NCBI GenBank assembly: GCA_032718475.1
Contig: JAUCBJ010002882.1
Coordinates: 1 to 61,474 of the forward strand
DNA length: 61,474 nt
DNA from: Nemertoderma westbladi
Lineage: Eukaryota; Animalia; Xenacoelomorpha
Direction: 5' to 3'
The notes under the pieces are model-generated. The model was not told where the DNA came from. It did not search any database and worked only from the letters and a program-made list of their open reading frames with translations. How positions within the stretch are numbered: the stretch's first letter is position 1; every line of letters starts with the position of its first letter. Position numbers and translations under genes: made by a program. This document shows, piece after piece, positions 37,101 to 51,022 of this stretch.

Positions 37101-40100
37101 CTATAGAGTTTGTACAGTTAGTGGAACTATGGAGTTTGTACAGTTAGTGGAACTATAGAGTTTGTACAGTTAGTGGAACTATAGATTTGGAAGGGTTAGT
37201 GGAACTATAGAGTTTGTACACTTAGTGGAACTATAGAGTTTGTACAGTTAGTGGAACTATAGAGTTTGTACAGTTAGTGGAACTATAGAGTTTGTACAGT
37301 TAGTGGAACTATAGAGTTTGTACAGTTAGTGGAACTATAGAGTTTGTACAGTTTAGTGGAACTATAGAGTTTGTACAGTTAGTGGAACTATGGAGTTTGT
37401 ACAGTTAGTGGAACTATAGAGTTTGTACAGTTTAGTGGAACTATAGAGTTTGTACAGTTAGTGGAACTATAGAGTTTGTACAGTTAGTGGAACTATAGAG
37501 TTTGTACAGTTAGTGGAACTATAGAGTTTGTACAGTTAGTGGAACTATAGAGTTTGTACAGTTAGTGGAACTATAGAGTTTGTACAGTTAGTGGAACTAT
37601 AGAGTTTGTACAGTTAGTGGAACTATAGAGTTTGTACAGTTAGTGGAACTATAGAGTTTGTACAGTTAGTGGAACTATAGAGTTTGTACAGTTAGTGGAA
37701 CTATAGAGTTTGTGCAGTTAGTGGAACTATAGAGTTTGTACAGTTAGTGGAACTATAGAGTTTGTGCAGTTAGTGGAACTATAGAGTTTGTACAGTTAGT
37801 GGAACTATAGAGTTTGTACAGTTAGTGGAACTATAGAGTTTGTACAGTTAGTGGAACTATAGAGTTTGTACAGTTAGTGGAACTATAGAGTTTGTGCAGT
37901 TAGTGGAACTATAGAGTTTGTACAGTTAGTGGAACTATAGAGTTTGTACAGTTAGTGGAACTATAGAGTTTGTACAGTTAGTGGAACTATAGAGTTTGTA
38001 CAGTTAGTGGAACTATAGAGTTTGTACAGTTAGTGGAACTATAGAGTTTGTACAGTTAGTGGAACTATAGAGTTTGTACAGTTAGTGGAACTATAGAGTT
38101 TGTACAGTTAGTGGAACTATAGAGTTTGTACAGTTAGTGGAACTATAGAGTTTGTACAGTTAGTGGAACTATAGAGTTTGTACAGTTAGTGGAACTATAG
38201 AGTTTGTACAGTTAGTGGAACTATAGAGTTTGTACAGTTAGTGGAACTATAGAGTTTGTACAGTTAGTGGAACTATAGAGTTTGTACAGTTAGTGGAACT
38301 ATAGAGTTTGTACAGTTAGTGGAACTATAGAGTTTGTACAGTTAGTGGAACTATAGAGTTTGTACAGTTAGTGGAACTATAGAGTTTGTACAGTTTAGTG
38401 GAACTATAGAGTTTGTACAGTTAGTGGAACTATAGAGTTTGTACAGTTAGTGGAACTATAGAGTTTGTACAGTTAGTGGAACTATAGAGTTTGTACAGTT
38501 AGTGGAACAATAGAGTTTGTACAGTTTAGTGGAACTATAGAGTTTGTACAGTTAGAGGAACTATAGAGTTTGTAAAGTTAGTGGAACTATAGAGTTTGTA
38601 CAGTTAGTGGAACTATAGAGTTTGTACAGTTAGTGGAACTATAGAGTTTGTACAGTTAGTGGAACTATAGAGTTTGTACAGTTAGTGGAACTATAGAGTT
38701 TGTACAGTTAGTGGAACTATAGAGTTTGTACAGTTAGTGGAACTATAGAGTTTGTACAGTTAGTGAAACTATAGAGTTTGTACAGTTAGTGGAACTATAG
38801 AGTTTGTACAGTTAGTGGAACTATAGAGTTTGTACAGTTTAGTGGAACTATAGAGTTTGTACAGTTAGTGGAACTATAGAGTTTGTACAGTTAGTGGAAC
38901 TATAGAGTTTGTACAGTTAGAGGAACTATAGATTTGGAAGGGTTAGTAGAACTATAGAGTTTGTACAGTTAGTGGAACTATAGAGTTTGTACAGTTAGTG
39001 GAACTATAGAGTTTGTACAGTTAGTGGAACTATGGAGTTTGTACAGTTAGTGGAACTATAGAGTTTGTACAGTTAGTGAAACTATAGAGTTTGTAAAGTT
39101 AGTGGAACTATAGATTTGGAAGGGTTAGTAGAACTATAGAGTTTGTACAGTTAGTGGAACTATAGAGTTTGTACAGTTAGTGGAACTATAGAGTTTGTAC
39201 AGTTAGAGGAACTATAGATTTGGAAGGGTTAGTAGAACTATAGAGTTTGTACAGTTAGTGGAACTATAGAGTTTGTACAGTTAGTGGAACTATAGAGTTT
39301 GTACAGTTAGTGGAACTATGGAGTTTGTACAGTTAGTGGAACTATAGAGTTTGTACAGTTAGTGGAACTATAGAGTTTGTACAGTTAGAGGAACTATAGA
39401 TTTGGAAGGGTTAGTAGAACTATAGAGTTTGTACAGTTAGTGGAACTATAGAGTTTGTACAGTTAGTGGAACTATAGAGTTTGTACAGTTAGTGGAACTA
39501 TAGAGTTTGTACAGTTAGAGGAACTATAGATTTGGAAGGGTTAGTAGAACTATAGAGTTTGTACAGTTAGTGGAACTATAGAGTTTGTACAGTTAGTGGA
39601 ACTATAGAGTTTGTACAGTTAGTGGAACTATGGAGTTTGTACAGTTAGTGGAACTATAGAGTTTGTACAGTTAGTGGAACTATAGAGTTTGTACAGTTAG
39701 TGGAACTATAGATTTGGAAGGGTTAGTAGAACTATAGAGTTTGTGCAGTTAGTGGAACTATAGAGTTTGTACAGTTAGTGGAACTATAGAGTTTGTACAG
39801 TTAGTGGAACTATAGAGTTTGTACAGTTAGTGGAACTATAGAGTTTGTACAGTTAGTGGAACAATAGAGTTTGTACAGTTAGTGGAACTATAGAGTTTGT
39901 ACAGTTAGTGGAACTATGGAGTTTGTACAGTTAGAGGAACTATAGATTTGGAAGGGTTAGTAGAACTATAGAGTTTGTACATTTAGTGGAACTATAGAGT
40001 TTGTACAGTTAGTGGAACTATAGAGTTTGTACAGTTAGAGGAACTATAGATTTGGAAGGGTTAGTAGAACTATAGAGTTTGTACATTTAGTGGAACTATA

Positions 40101-43100
40101 GAGTTTGTAAAGTTAGTGAAACTATGGAGTTTGTACAGTTAGTAAAACTATAGAGTTTGTACAGTTAGTGGAACTATAGAGTTTGTACAGTTAGTGGAAC
40201 TATAGAGTTTGTACAGTTAGTGGAGCTATAGAGTTTGTACAGTTAGTGGAACTATAGAGTTTGTACAGTTAGTGCAACTATAGAGTTTGTGCAGTTAGTG
40301 GAACTATAGAGTTTGTACAGTTTAGTGGAACTATAGAGTTTGTACAGTTAGAGGAACTATAGAGTTTGTAAAGTTAGTGGAACTATAGATTTTGTACAGT
40401 TAGTGGAACTATAGAGTTTGTACAGTTAGTGGAACAATAGAGTTTGTACAGTTTAGTGGAACTATAGAGTTTGTACATTTAGTGGAACTATAGAGTTTGT
40501 ACAGTTAGTGGAACAATAGAGTTTGTACAGTTAGTGGAACTATAGAGTTTGTAAAGTTAGTGGAACTATGGAGTTTGTACAGTTAGTGGAACTATAGATT
40601 TGGAAGGGTTAGTGGAACTATAGAGGTTGTAAATTTAGTGGAACTATAGAGTTTGTACAGTTAGTGGAACTATAGAGTTTGTACAGTTAGTGAAACTATA
40701 GATTTGGAAGGGTTAGTAGAACTATAGAGTTTGTACAGTTAGAGGAACTATAGAGTTTGTACAGTTAGTGGAACAATAGAGTTTGTACAGTTAGTGGAAC
40801 TATAGAGTTTGTACAGTTAGAGGAACTATAGAGTTTGTACAGTTAGTGGAACAATAGAGTTTGTACAGTTAGTGGAACAATAGAGTTTGTACAGTTTAGT
40901 GGAACTATAGAGTTTGTACAGTTAGAGGAACTATAGAGTTTGTACAGTTAGTGGAACAATAGAGTTTGTACAGTTAGTGGAACAATAGAGTTTGTACAGT
41001 TTAGTGGAACTATAGAGTTTGTACAGTTAGAGGAACTATAGAGTTTGTAAAGTTAGTGGAACTATAGAGTTTGTACAGTTAGTGGAACTATAGAGTTTGT
41101 ACAGTTAGAGGAACTATAGAGTTTGTACAGTTAGTGGAACAATAGAGTTTGTACAGTTAGTGGAACAATAGAGTTTGTACAGTTTAGTGGAACTATAGAG
41201 TTTGTACAGTTAGAGGAACTATAGAGTTTGTAAAGTTAGTGGAACTATAGATTTTGTACAGTTAGTGGAACTATAGAGTTTGTACAGTTAGTGGAACAAT
41301 AGAGTTTGTACAGTTTAGTGGAACTATAGAGTTTGTACAGTTAGTGGAACTATAGAGTTTGTAAAGTTAGTGGAACTATGGAGTTTGTACAGTTAGTGGA
41401 ACTATAGAGTTTGTACAGTTAGTGGAACTATAGATTTGGAAGGGTTAGTGGAACTATAGAGTTTGTACACTTAGTGGAACTATAGAGTTTGTACAGTTAG
41501 TGGAACTATAGATTTGGAAGGGTTAGTGGAACTATAGAGGTTGTAAATTTAGTGGAACTATAGAGTTTGTACAGTTAGTGGAACTATAGATTTGGAAGGG
41601 TTAGTGGAACTATAGAGGTTGTAAATTTAGTGGAACTATAGAGTTTGTACAGTTAGTGGAACTATAGATTTGGAAGGGTTAGTAGAACTATAGAGTTTGT
41701 ACAGTTAGTGGAACTATAGAGTTTGTACAGTTAGAGGAACTATAGAGTTTGTACAGTTAGTGGAACTATAGAGTTTGTAAAGTTAGTGGAACTATGGAGT
41801 TTGTACAGTTAGTGGAACTATAGAGTTTGTACAGTTAGTGGAACTATAGATTTGGAAGGGTTAGTAGAACTATAGAGTTTGTACAGTTAGTGGAACTATA
41901 GAGTTTGTACAGTTAGAGGAACTATAGAGTTTGTACAGTTAGTGGAACAATAGAGTTTGTACAGTTAGTGGAACAATAGAGTTTGTACAGTTTAGTGGAA
42001 CTATAGAGTTTGTACAGTTAGTGGAACTATAGATTTGGAAGGGTTAGTGGAACTATAGAGGTTGTAAATTTAGTGGAACTATAGAGTTTGTACAGTTAGT
42101 GGAGCTATAGAGTTTGTACAGTTAGTGGAACTATAGAGTTTGTAAAGTTAGTGGAACTATGGAGTTTGTACAGTTAGTGGAACTATAGAGTTTGTACAGT
42201 TAGTGGAACTATAGATTTGGAAGGGTTAGTGGAACTATAGAGGTTGTAAATTTAGTGGAACTATAGAGTTTGTACAGTTAGTGGAACTATAGATTTGGAA
42301 GGGTTAGTAGAACTATAGAGTTTGTACAGTTAGTGGAACTATAGAGTTTGTACAGTTAGAGGAACTATAGAGTTTGTACAGTTAGTGGAACTATAGAGTT
42401 TGTAAAGTTAGTGGAACTATGGAGTTTGTACAGTTAGTGGAACTATAGAGTTTGTACAGTTAGTGGAACTATAGATTTGGAAGGGTTAGTAGAACTATAG
42501 AGTTTGTACAGTTAGTGGAACTATAGAGTTTGTACAGTTAGAGGAACTATAGAGTTTGTACAGTTAGTGGAACAATAGAGTTTGTACAGTTAGTGGAACA
42601 ATAGAGTTTGTACAGTTTAGTGGAACTATAGAGTTTGTACAGTTAGAGGAACTATAGAGTTTGTAAAGTTAGTGGAACTATAGATTTGGAAGGGTTAGTG
42701 GAACTATAGAGGTTGTAAATTTAGTGGAACTATAGAGTTTGTACAGTTAGTGAAACTATAGAGTTTGTACAGTTAGTGAAACTATAGAGTTTGTACAGTT
42801 AGTGGAACTATAGAGTTTGTACAGTTAGTGGAACTATAGAGTTTGTACAGTTAGTGGAACTATAGATTTGGAAGGGTTAGTAGAACTATAGAGTTTGTAC
42901 AGTTAGTGGAACTATAGAGTTTGTAAGGTTAGTGGAACTATAGATTTGGAAGGGTTAGTGGAACTATAGAGGTTGTAAATTTAGTGGAACTATAGAGTTT
43001 GTACAGTTTAGTGGAACTATAGAGTTTGTACAGTTAGTGAAACTATAGAGTTTGTACAGTTAGTGGAACTATAGAGTTTGTACAGTTAGTGGAACTATAG

Positions 43101-46100
43101 AGTTTGTACAGTTAGTGGAACTATAGATTTGGAAGGGTTAGTAGAACTATAGAGTTTGTACAGTTAGTGGAACTATAGAGTTTGTACAGTTAGTGGAACA
43201 ATAGAGTTTGTACAGTTTAGTGGAACTATAGAGTTTGTACAGTTAGAGGAACTATAGAGTTTGTAAAGTTAGTGGAACTATAGATTTGGAAGGGTTAGTG
43301 GAACTATAGAGGTTGTAAATTTAGTGGAACTATAGAGTTTGTACAGTTAGTGGAACTATAGATTTGGAAGGGTTAGTAGAACTATAGAGTTTGTACAGTT
43401 AGTGGAACTATAGAGTTTGTACAGTTAGAGGAACTATAGAGTTTGTACAGTTAGTGGAACAATAGAGTTTGTACAGTTAGTGGAACTATAGAGTTTGTAC
43501 AGTTAGTGGAGCTATAGAGTTTGTACAGTTAGTGGAACTATAGAGTTTGTAAGGTTAGTGGAACTATAGATTTGGAAGGGTTAGTGGAACTATAGAGGTT
43601 GTAAATTTAGTGGAACTATAGAGTTTGTACAGTTAGTGAAACTATAGAGTTTGTACAGTTAGTGAAACTATAGAGTTTGTACAGTTAGTGGAACTATAGA
43701 GTTTGTACAGTTAGTGGAACTATAGAGTTTGTACAGTTAGTGGAACTATAGAGTTTGTACAGTTAGTGGAGCTATAGAGTTTGTACAGTTAGTGGAACTA
43801 TAGAGTTTGTAAGGTTAGTGGAACTATAGATTTGGAAGGGTTAGTGGAACTATAGAGGTTGTAAATTTAGTGGAACTATAGAGTTTGTACAGTTAGTGGA
43901 ACTATAGAGTTTGTACAGTTAGTGGAACTATAGAGTTTGTACAGTTAGTGAAACTATAGAGTTTGTACAGTTAGTGGAACTATAGAGTTTGTACAGTTAG
44001 TGGAACTATAGAGTTTGTACAGTTAGTGGAACTATAGAGTTTGTACAGTTAGTGGAACAATAGAGTTTGTACAGTTAGTGGAACTATAGAGTTTGTACAG
44101 TTAGTGAAACTATAGAGTTTGTACAGTTAGTGAAACTATAGAGTTTGTACAGTTAGTGGAACTATAGAGTTTGTACAGTTAGTGAAACTATAGAGTTTGT
44201 ACAGTTAGTGGAACTATAGAGTTTGTACAGTTAGTGGAACTATAGAGTTTGTACAGTTAGTGGAACTATAGAGTTTGTACAGTTAGTGGAACTATAGAGT
44301 TTGTACAGTTAGTGGAACTATAGAGTTTGTACAGTTAGTGGAGCTATAGAGTTTGTACAGTTAGTGGAACTATAGAGTTTGTAAGGTTAGTGGAACTATA
44401 GATTTGGAAGGGTTAGTGGAACTATAGAGGTTGTAAATTTAGTGGAACTATAGAGTTTGTACAGTTAGTGAAACTATAGAGTTTGTACAGTTAGTGAAAC
44501 TATAGAGTTTGTACAGTTAGTGGAACTATAGAGTTTGTACAGTTAGTGGAACTATAGAGTTTGTACAGTTAGTGGAACTATAGAGTTTGTACAGTTAGTG
44601 GAGCTATAGAGTTTGTACAGTTAGTGGAACTATAGAGTTTGTAAGGTTAGTGGAACTATAGATTTGGAAGGGTTAGTGGAACTATAGAGGTTGTAAATTT
44701 AGTGGAACTATAGAGTTTGTACAGTTAGTGAAACTATAGAGTTTGTACAGTTAGTGAAACTATAGAGTTTGTACAGTTAGTGGAACTATAGAGTTTGTAC
44801 AGTTAGTGGAACTATAGAGTTTGTACAGTTAGTGAAACTATAGAGTTTGTACAGTTAGTGGAACTATGGAGTTTGTACAGTTTAGTGAAACTATAGAGTT
44901 TGTACAGTTAGTGGAACTATAGAGTTTGTACAGTTAGTGAAACTATAGAGTTTGTACAGTTAGTGGAACTATGGAGTTTGTACAGTTTAGTGGAACTATA
45001 GAGTTTGTACAGTTAGTGGAACTATAGAGTTTGTAAAGTTAGTGGAACTATAGAGTTTGTACAGTTAGTGGAACTATAGAGTTTGTACAGTTAGTGGAAC
45101 TATAGAGTTTGTACAGTTAGTGCAACTATAGAGTTTGTACAGTTAGTGGAACTATAGAGTTTGTACAGTTAGTGGAACTATAGAGTTTGTACAGTTAGTG
45201 GAGCTATAGAGTTTGTACAGTTAGTGGAGCTATAGAGTTTGTACAGTTAGTGGAACTATAGAGTTTGTACAGTTAGTGCAACTATAGAGTTTGTACAGTT
45301 AGTGAAACTATAGAGTTTGTACAGTTAGTGGAACTATGGAGTTTGTACAGTTTAGTGGAACTATAGAGTTTGTACAGTTAGTGGAACTATAGAGTTTGTA
45401 CAGTTAGTGGAGCTATAGAGTTTGTACAGTTAGTGGAACTATAGAGTTTGTACAGTTAGTGCAACTATAGAGTTTGTACAGTTAGTGAAACTATAGAGTT
45501 TGTACAGTTAGTGGAACTATGGAGTTTGTACAGTTTAGTGGAACTATAGAGTTTGTACAGTTAGTGGAACTATAGATTTGGAAGGGTTAGTGGAACTATA
45601 GAGGTTGTAAATTTAGTGGAACTATAGAGTTTGTACAGTTAGTGGAACTATAGAGTTTGTACAGTTAGTGAAACTATAGAGTTTGTACAGTTAGTGGAAC
45701 TATGGAGTTTGTACAGTTTAGTGGAACTATAGAGTTTGTACAGTTAGTGGAACTATAGAGTTTGTAAAGTTAGTGGAACTATAGATTTGGAAGGGTTAGT
45801 GGAACTATAGAGTTTGTACAGTTAGTGGAACTATAGAGGTTGTAAATTTAGTGGAACTATAGAGTTTGTACAGTTAGTGGAACTATGGAGTTTGTACAGT
45901 TTAGTGGAACTATAGATTTGGAAGGGTTAGTGGAACTATAGAGGTTGTAAATTTAGTGGAACTATAGAGTTTGTACAGTTAGTGGAACTATAGAGTTTGT
46001 ACAGTTAGTGGAGCTATAGAGTTTGTACAGTTAGTGGAACTATAGAGTTTGTACAGTTAGTGCAACTATAGAGTTTGTACAGTTAGTGGAACTATGGAGT

Positions 46101-49100
46101 TTGTACAGTTTAGTGGAACTATAGAGTTTGTACAGTTAGTGCAACTATAGAGTTTGTAAGGTTAGTGGAACTATAGATTTGGAAGGGTTAGTGGAACTAT
46201 AGAGGTTGTAAATTTAGTGGAACTATAGAGTTTGTACAGTTAGTGAAACTATAGAGTTTGTACAGTTAGTGAAACTATAGAGTTTGTACAGTTAGTGGAA
46301 CTATAGAGTTTGTACAGTTAGTGGAACTATAGAGTTTGTACAGTTAGTGGAACTATAGAGTTTGTACAGTTAGTGGAGCTATAGAGTTTGTACAGTTAGT
46401 GGAACTATAGAGTTTGTAAGGTTAGTGGAACTATAGATTTGGAAGGGTTAGTGGAACTATAGAGGTTGTAAATTTAGTGGAACTATAGAGTTTGTACAGT
46501 TAGTGAAACTATAGAGTTTGTACAGTTAGTGAAACTATAGAGTTTGTACAGTTAGTGGAACTATAGAGTTTGTACAGTTAGTGAAACTATAGAGTTTGTA
46601 CAGTTAGTGGAACTATAGAGTTTGTACAGTTAGTGGAACTATAGAGTTTGTACAGTTAGTGGAACTATAGAGTTTGTACAGTTAGTGGAACTATAGAGTT
46701 TGTACAGTTAGTGGAACTATAGAGTTTGTACAGTTAGTGGAGCTATAGAGTTTGTACAGTTAGTGGAACTATAGAGTTTGTAAGGTTAGTGGAACTATAG
46801 ATTTGGAAGGGTTAGTGGAACTATAGAGGTTGTAAATTTAGTGGAACTATAGAGTTTGTACAGTTAGTGAAACTATAGAGTTTGTACAGTTAGTGAAACT
46901 ATAGAGTTTGTACAGTTAGTGGAACTATAGAGTTTGTACAGTTAGTGAAACTATAGAGTTTGTACAGTTAGTGAAACTATAGAGTTTGTACAGTTAGTGA
47001 AACTATAGAGTTTGTACAGTTAGTGGAACTATAGAGTTTGTACAGTTAGTGGAACTATAGAGTTTGTACAGTTAGTGAAACTATAGAGTTTGTACAGTTA
47101 GTGGAACTATGGAGTTTGTACAGTTTAGTGGAACTATAGAGTTTGTACAGTTAGTGGAACTATAGATTTGGAAGGGTTAGTGGAACTATAGAGGTTGTAA
47201 ATTTAGTGGAACTATAGAGTTTGTACAGTTAGTGAAACTATAGAGTTTGTACAGTTAGTGGAACTATGGAGTTTGTACAGTTTAGTGGAACTATAGAGTT
47301 TGTACAGTTAGTGGAACTATAGAGTTTGTAAAGTTAGTGGAACTATAGAGTTTGTACAGTTAGTGGAACTATAGAGTTTGTACAGTTAGTGGAACTATAG
47401 AGTTTGTACAGTTAGTGCAACTATAGAGTTTGTACAGTTAGTGGAACTATAGAGTTTGTACAGTTAGTGGAACTATAGAGTTTGTACAGTTAGTGGAGCT
47501 ATAGAGTTTGTACAGTTAGTGGAGCTATAGAGTTTGTACAGTTAGTGGAACTATAGAGTTTGTACAGTTAGTGCAACTATAGAGTTTGTACAGTTAGTGA
47601 AACTATAGAGTTTGTACAGTTAGTGGAACTATGGAGTTTGTACAGTTTAGTGGAACTATAGAGTTTGTACAGTTAGTGGAACTATAGAGTTTGTACAGTT
47701 AGTGGAGCTATAGAGTTTGTACAGTTAGTGGAACTATAGAGTTTGTACAGTTAGTGCAACTATAGAGTTTGTACAGTTAGTGAAACTATAGAGTTTGTAC
47801 AGTTAGTGGAACTATGGAGTTTGTACAGTTTAGTGGAACTATAGAGTTTGTACAGTTAGTGGAACTATAGATTTGGAAGGGTTAGTGGAACTATAGAGGT
47901 TGTAAATTTAGTGGAACTATAGAGTTTGTACAGTTAGTGGAACTATAGAGTTTGTACAGTTAGTGAAACTATAGAGTTTGTACAGTTAGTGGAACTATGG
48001 AGTTTGTACAGTTTAGTGGAACTATAGAGTTTGTACAGTTAGTGGAACTATAGAGTTTGTAAAGTTAGTGGAACTATAGATTTGGAAGGGTTAGTGGAAC
48101 TATAGAGTTTGTACAGTTAGTGGAACTATAGAGGTTGTAAATTTAGTGGAACTATAGAGTTTGTACAGTTAGTGGAACTATGGAGTTTGTACAGTTTAGT
48201 GGAACTATAGATTTGGAAGGGTTAGTGGAACTATAGAGGTTGTAAATTTAGTGGAACTATAGAGTTTGTACAGTTAGTGGAACTATAGAGTTTGTACAGT
48301 TAGTGGAGCTATAGAGTTTGTACAGTTAGTGGAACTATAGAGTTTGTACAGTTAGTGCAACTATAGAGTTTGTACAGTTAGTGGAACTATGGAGTTTGTA
48401 CAGTTTAGTGGAACTATAGAGTTTGTACAGTTAGTGCAACTATAGAGTTTGTACAGTTAGTGGAACTATAGAGTTTGTACAGTTAGTGGAACTATAGAGT
48501 TTGTACAGTTAGTGGAGCTATAGAGTTTGTACAGTTAGTGGAGCTATAGAGTTTGTACAGTTAGTGGAACTATAGAGTTTGTACAGTTAGTGCAACTATA
48601 GAGTTTGTACAGTTAGTGAAACTATAGAGTTTGTACAGTTAGTGGAACTATGGAGTTTGTACAGTTTAGTGGAACTATAGAGTTTGTACAGTTAGTGGAA
48701 CTATAGAGTTTGTACAGTTAGTGGAGCTATAGAGTTTGTACAGTTAGTGGAACTATAGAGTTTGTACAGTTAGTGCAACTATAGAGTTTGTACAGTTAGT
48801 GAAACTATAGAGTTTGTACAGTTAGTGGAACTATGGAGTTTGTACAGTTTAGTGGAACTATAGAGTTTGTACAGTTAGTGGAACTATAGAGTTTGTACAG
48901 TTAGTGAAACTATAGAGTTTGTACAGTTAGTGAAACTATAGAGTTTGTACAGTTAGTGGAACTATGGAGTTTGTACAGTTTAGTGGAACTATAGAGTTTG
49001 TACAGTTAGTGGAACTATAGAGTTTGTAAAGTTAGTGGAACTATAGATTTGGAAGGGTTAGTGGAACTATAGAGGTTGTAAATTTAGTGGAACTATAGAG

Positions 49101-50799
49101 TTTGTACAGTTAGTGGAACTATAGAGTTTGTACAGTTAGTGAAACTATAGAGTTTGTACAGTTAGTGGAACTATGGAGTTTGTACAGTTTAGTGGAACTA
49201 TAGAGTTTGTACAGTTAGTGGAACTATAGAGTTTGTAAAGTTAGTGGAACTATAGATTTGGAAGGGTTAGTGGAACTATAGAGGTTGTAAATTTAGTGGA
49301 ACTATAGAGTTTGTACAGTTAGTGGAACTATGGAGTTTGTACAGTTTAGTGGAACTATAGATTTGGAAGGGTTAGTGGAACTATAGAGGTTGTAAATTTA
49401 GTGGAACTATAGAGTTTGTACAGTTAGTGGAACTATAGAGTTTGTACAGTTAGTGGAGCTATAGAGTTTGTACAGTTAGTGGAACTATAGAGTTTGTACA
49501 GTTAGTGAAACTATAGAGTTTGTACAGTTAGTGGAACTATGGAGTTTGTACAGTTTAGTGGAACTATAGAGTTTGTACAGTTAGTGGAACTATAGAGTTT
49601 GTAAAGTTAGTGGAACTATAGATTTGGAAGGGTTAGTGGAACTATAGAGGTTGTAAATTTAGTGGAACTATAGAGTTTGTACAGTTAGTGGAACTATAGA
49701 GTTTGTACAGTTAGTGGAGCTATAGAGTTTGTACAGTTAGTGGAACTATAGAGTTTGTACAGTTAGTGCAACTATAGAGTTTGTACAGTTAGTGGAACTA
49801 TAGAGTTTGTACAGTTTAGTGGAACTATAGAGTTTGTACAGTTAGTGGAACTATAGATTTGGAAGGGTTAGTGGAACTATAGAGGTTGTAAATTTAGTGG
49901 AACTATAGAGTTTGTACAGTTAGTGGAACTATGGAGTTTGTACAGTTTAGTGGAACTATAGAGTTTGTACAGTTAGTGGAACTATAGATTTGGAAGGGTT
50001 AGTGGAACTATAGAGGTTGTAAATTTAGTGGAACTATAGAGTTTGTACAGTTAGTGGAACTATAGATTTGGAAGGGTTAGTGGAACTATAGAGTTTGTAC
50101 AGTTAGTGGAACTATGGAGTTTGTACAGTTTAGTGGAACTATAGAGTTTGTACAGTTAGTGGAACTATGGAGTTTGTACAGTTTAGTGGAACTATAGAGT
50201 TTGTACAGTTAGTGGAACTATGGAGTTTGTACAGTTTAGTGGAACTATAGAGTTTGTACAGTTAGTGGAACTATAGATTTGGAAGGGTTAGTGGAACTAT
50301 AGAGGTTGTAAATTTAGTGGAACTATAGAGTTTGTACAGTTAGTGGAACTATGGAGTTTGTACAGTTTAGTGGAACTATAGAGTTTGTACAGTTAGTGGA
50401 ACTATAGATTTGGAAGGGTTAGTGGAACTATAGAGGTTGTAAATTTAGTGGAACTATAGAGTTTGTACAGTTAGTGGAACTATAGAGTTTGTACAGTTAG
50501 TGGAACTATAGAGTTTGTACAGTTAGTAGAACTATAGATTTGGAAGGGTTAGTGGAACTATAGAGTTTGTACAGTTAGTGGAACTATAGAGTTTGTACAG
50601 TTAGTGGAACTATAGAGTTTGTACAGTTAGTGGAACTATGGAGTTTGTACAGTTAGTGGAACTATAGATTTGGAAGGGTTAGTGGAACTATAGAGTTTGT
50701 ACAGTTAGTGGAACTATAGAGTTTGTACAGTTAGTGGAACTATAGATTTGGAAGGGTTAGTGGAACTATAGAGGTTGTAAATTTAGTGGAACTATGGAG
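31113..50799 (+). repeat. 26-bp satellite, right block (~755 monomers) with regional variants and higher-order duplications
   Basis: Same consensus; recurrent variants TAGATTTGGAAGG, GAGGTTGTAAATT, GTGAAAC, GTGCAAC, GGAGCT, ACTGGAACTAAAGTGTGTGCA. Confidence 0.99.
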
Positions 50800-50978
50800 T
50801 GTTCTATTCGTTACTAGAATAAACGGTAGGTACTTCAGTACTTAATAGCCCTAAGCCATATATTTCCAGCCTCAACACAACACAACAGGTACCGGTAGAA
50901 GAGAGTCAGTCCATAACACAACACTGATGAATTACCAGTAGTAACAGTATATAGATAACTACAGTACAGATCCCATCA
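50800..50978 (-). repeat. 3' LTR (~179 bp; complete or truncated) of Mag-like element 2
   Basis: Starts TGAT after the PPT and ends ...GAACA at the satellite edge. The final base could equally belong to the satellite. Confidence 0.7.
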
Positions 50979-51022
50979 CCTTCTTTTCTTTCTGAGTTTA
51001 AAACATCAGTTTGAAACTGAAA

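Noticed and set aside
21506-50799. Telomerase-made long telomeric repeat (G-rich strand, GGGTTAG in one variant)
   Set aside because: The array is internal, flanked by other sequence on both sides, and shows block duplications typical of recombination or slippage.
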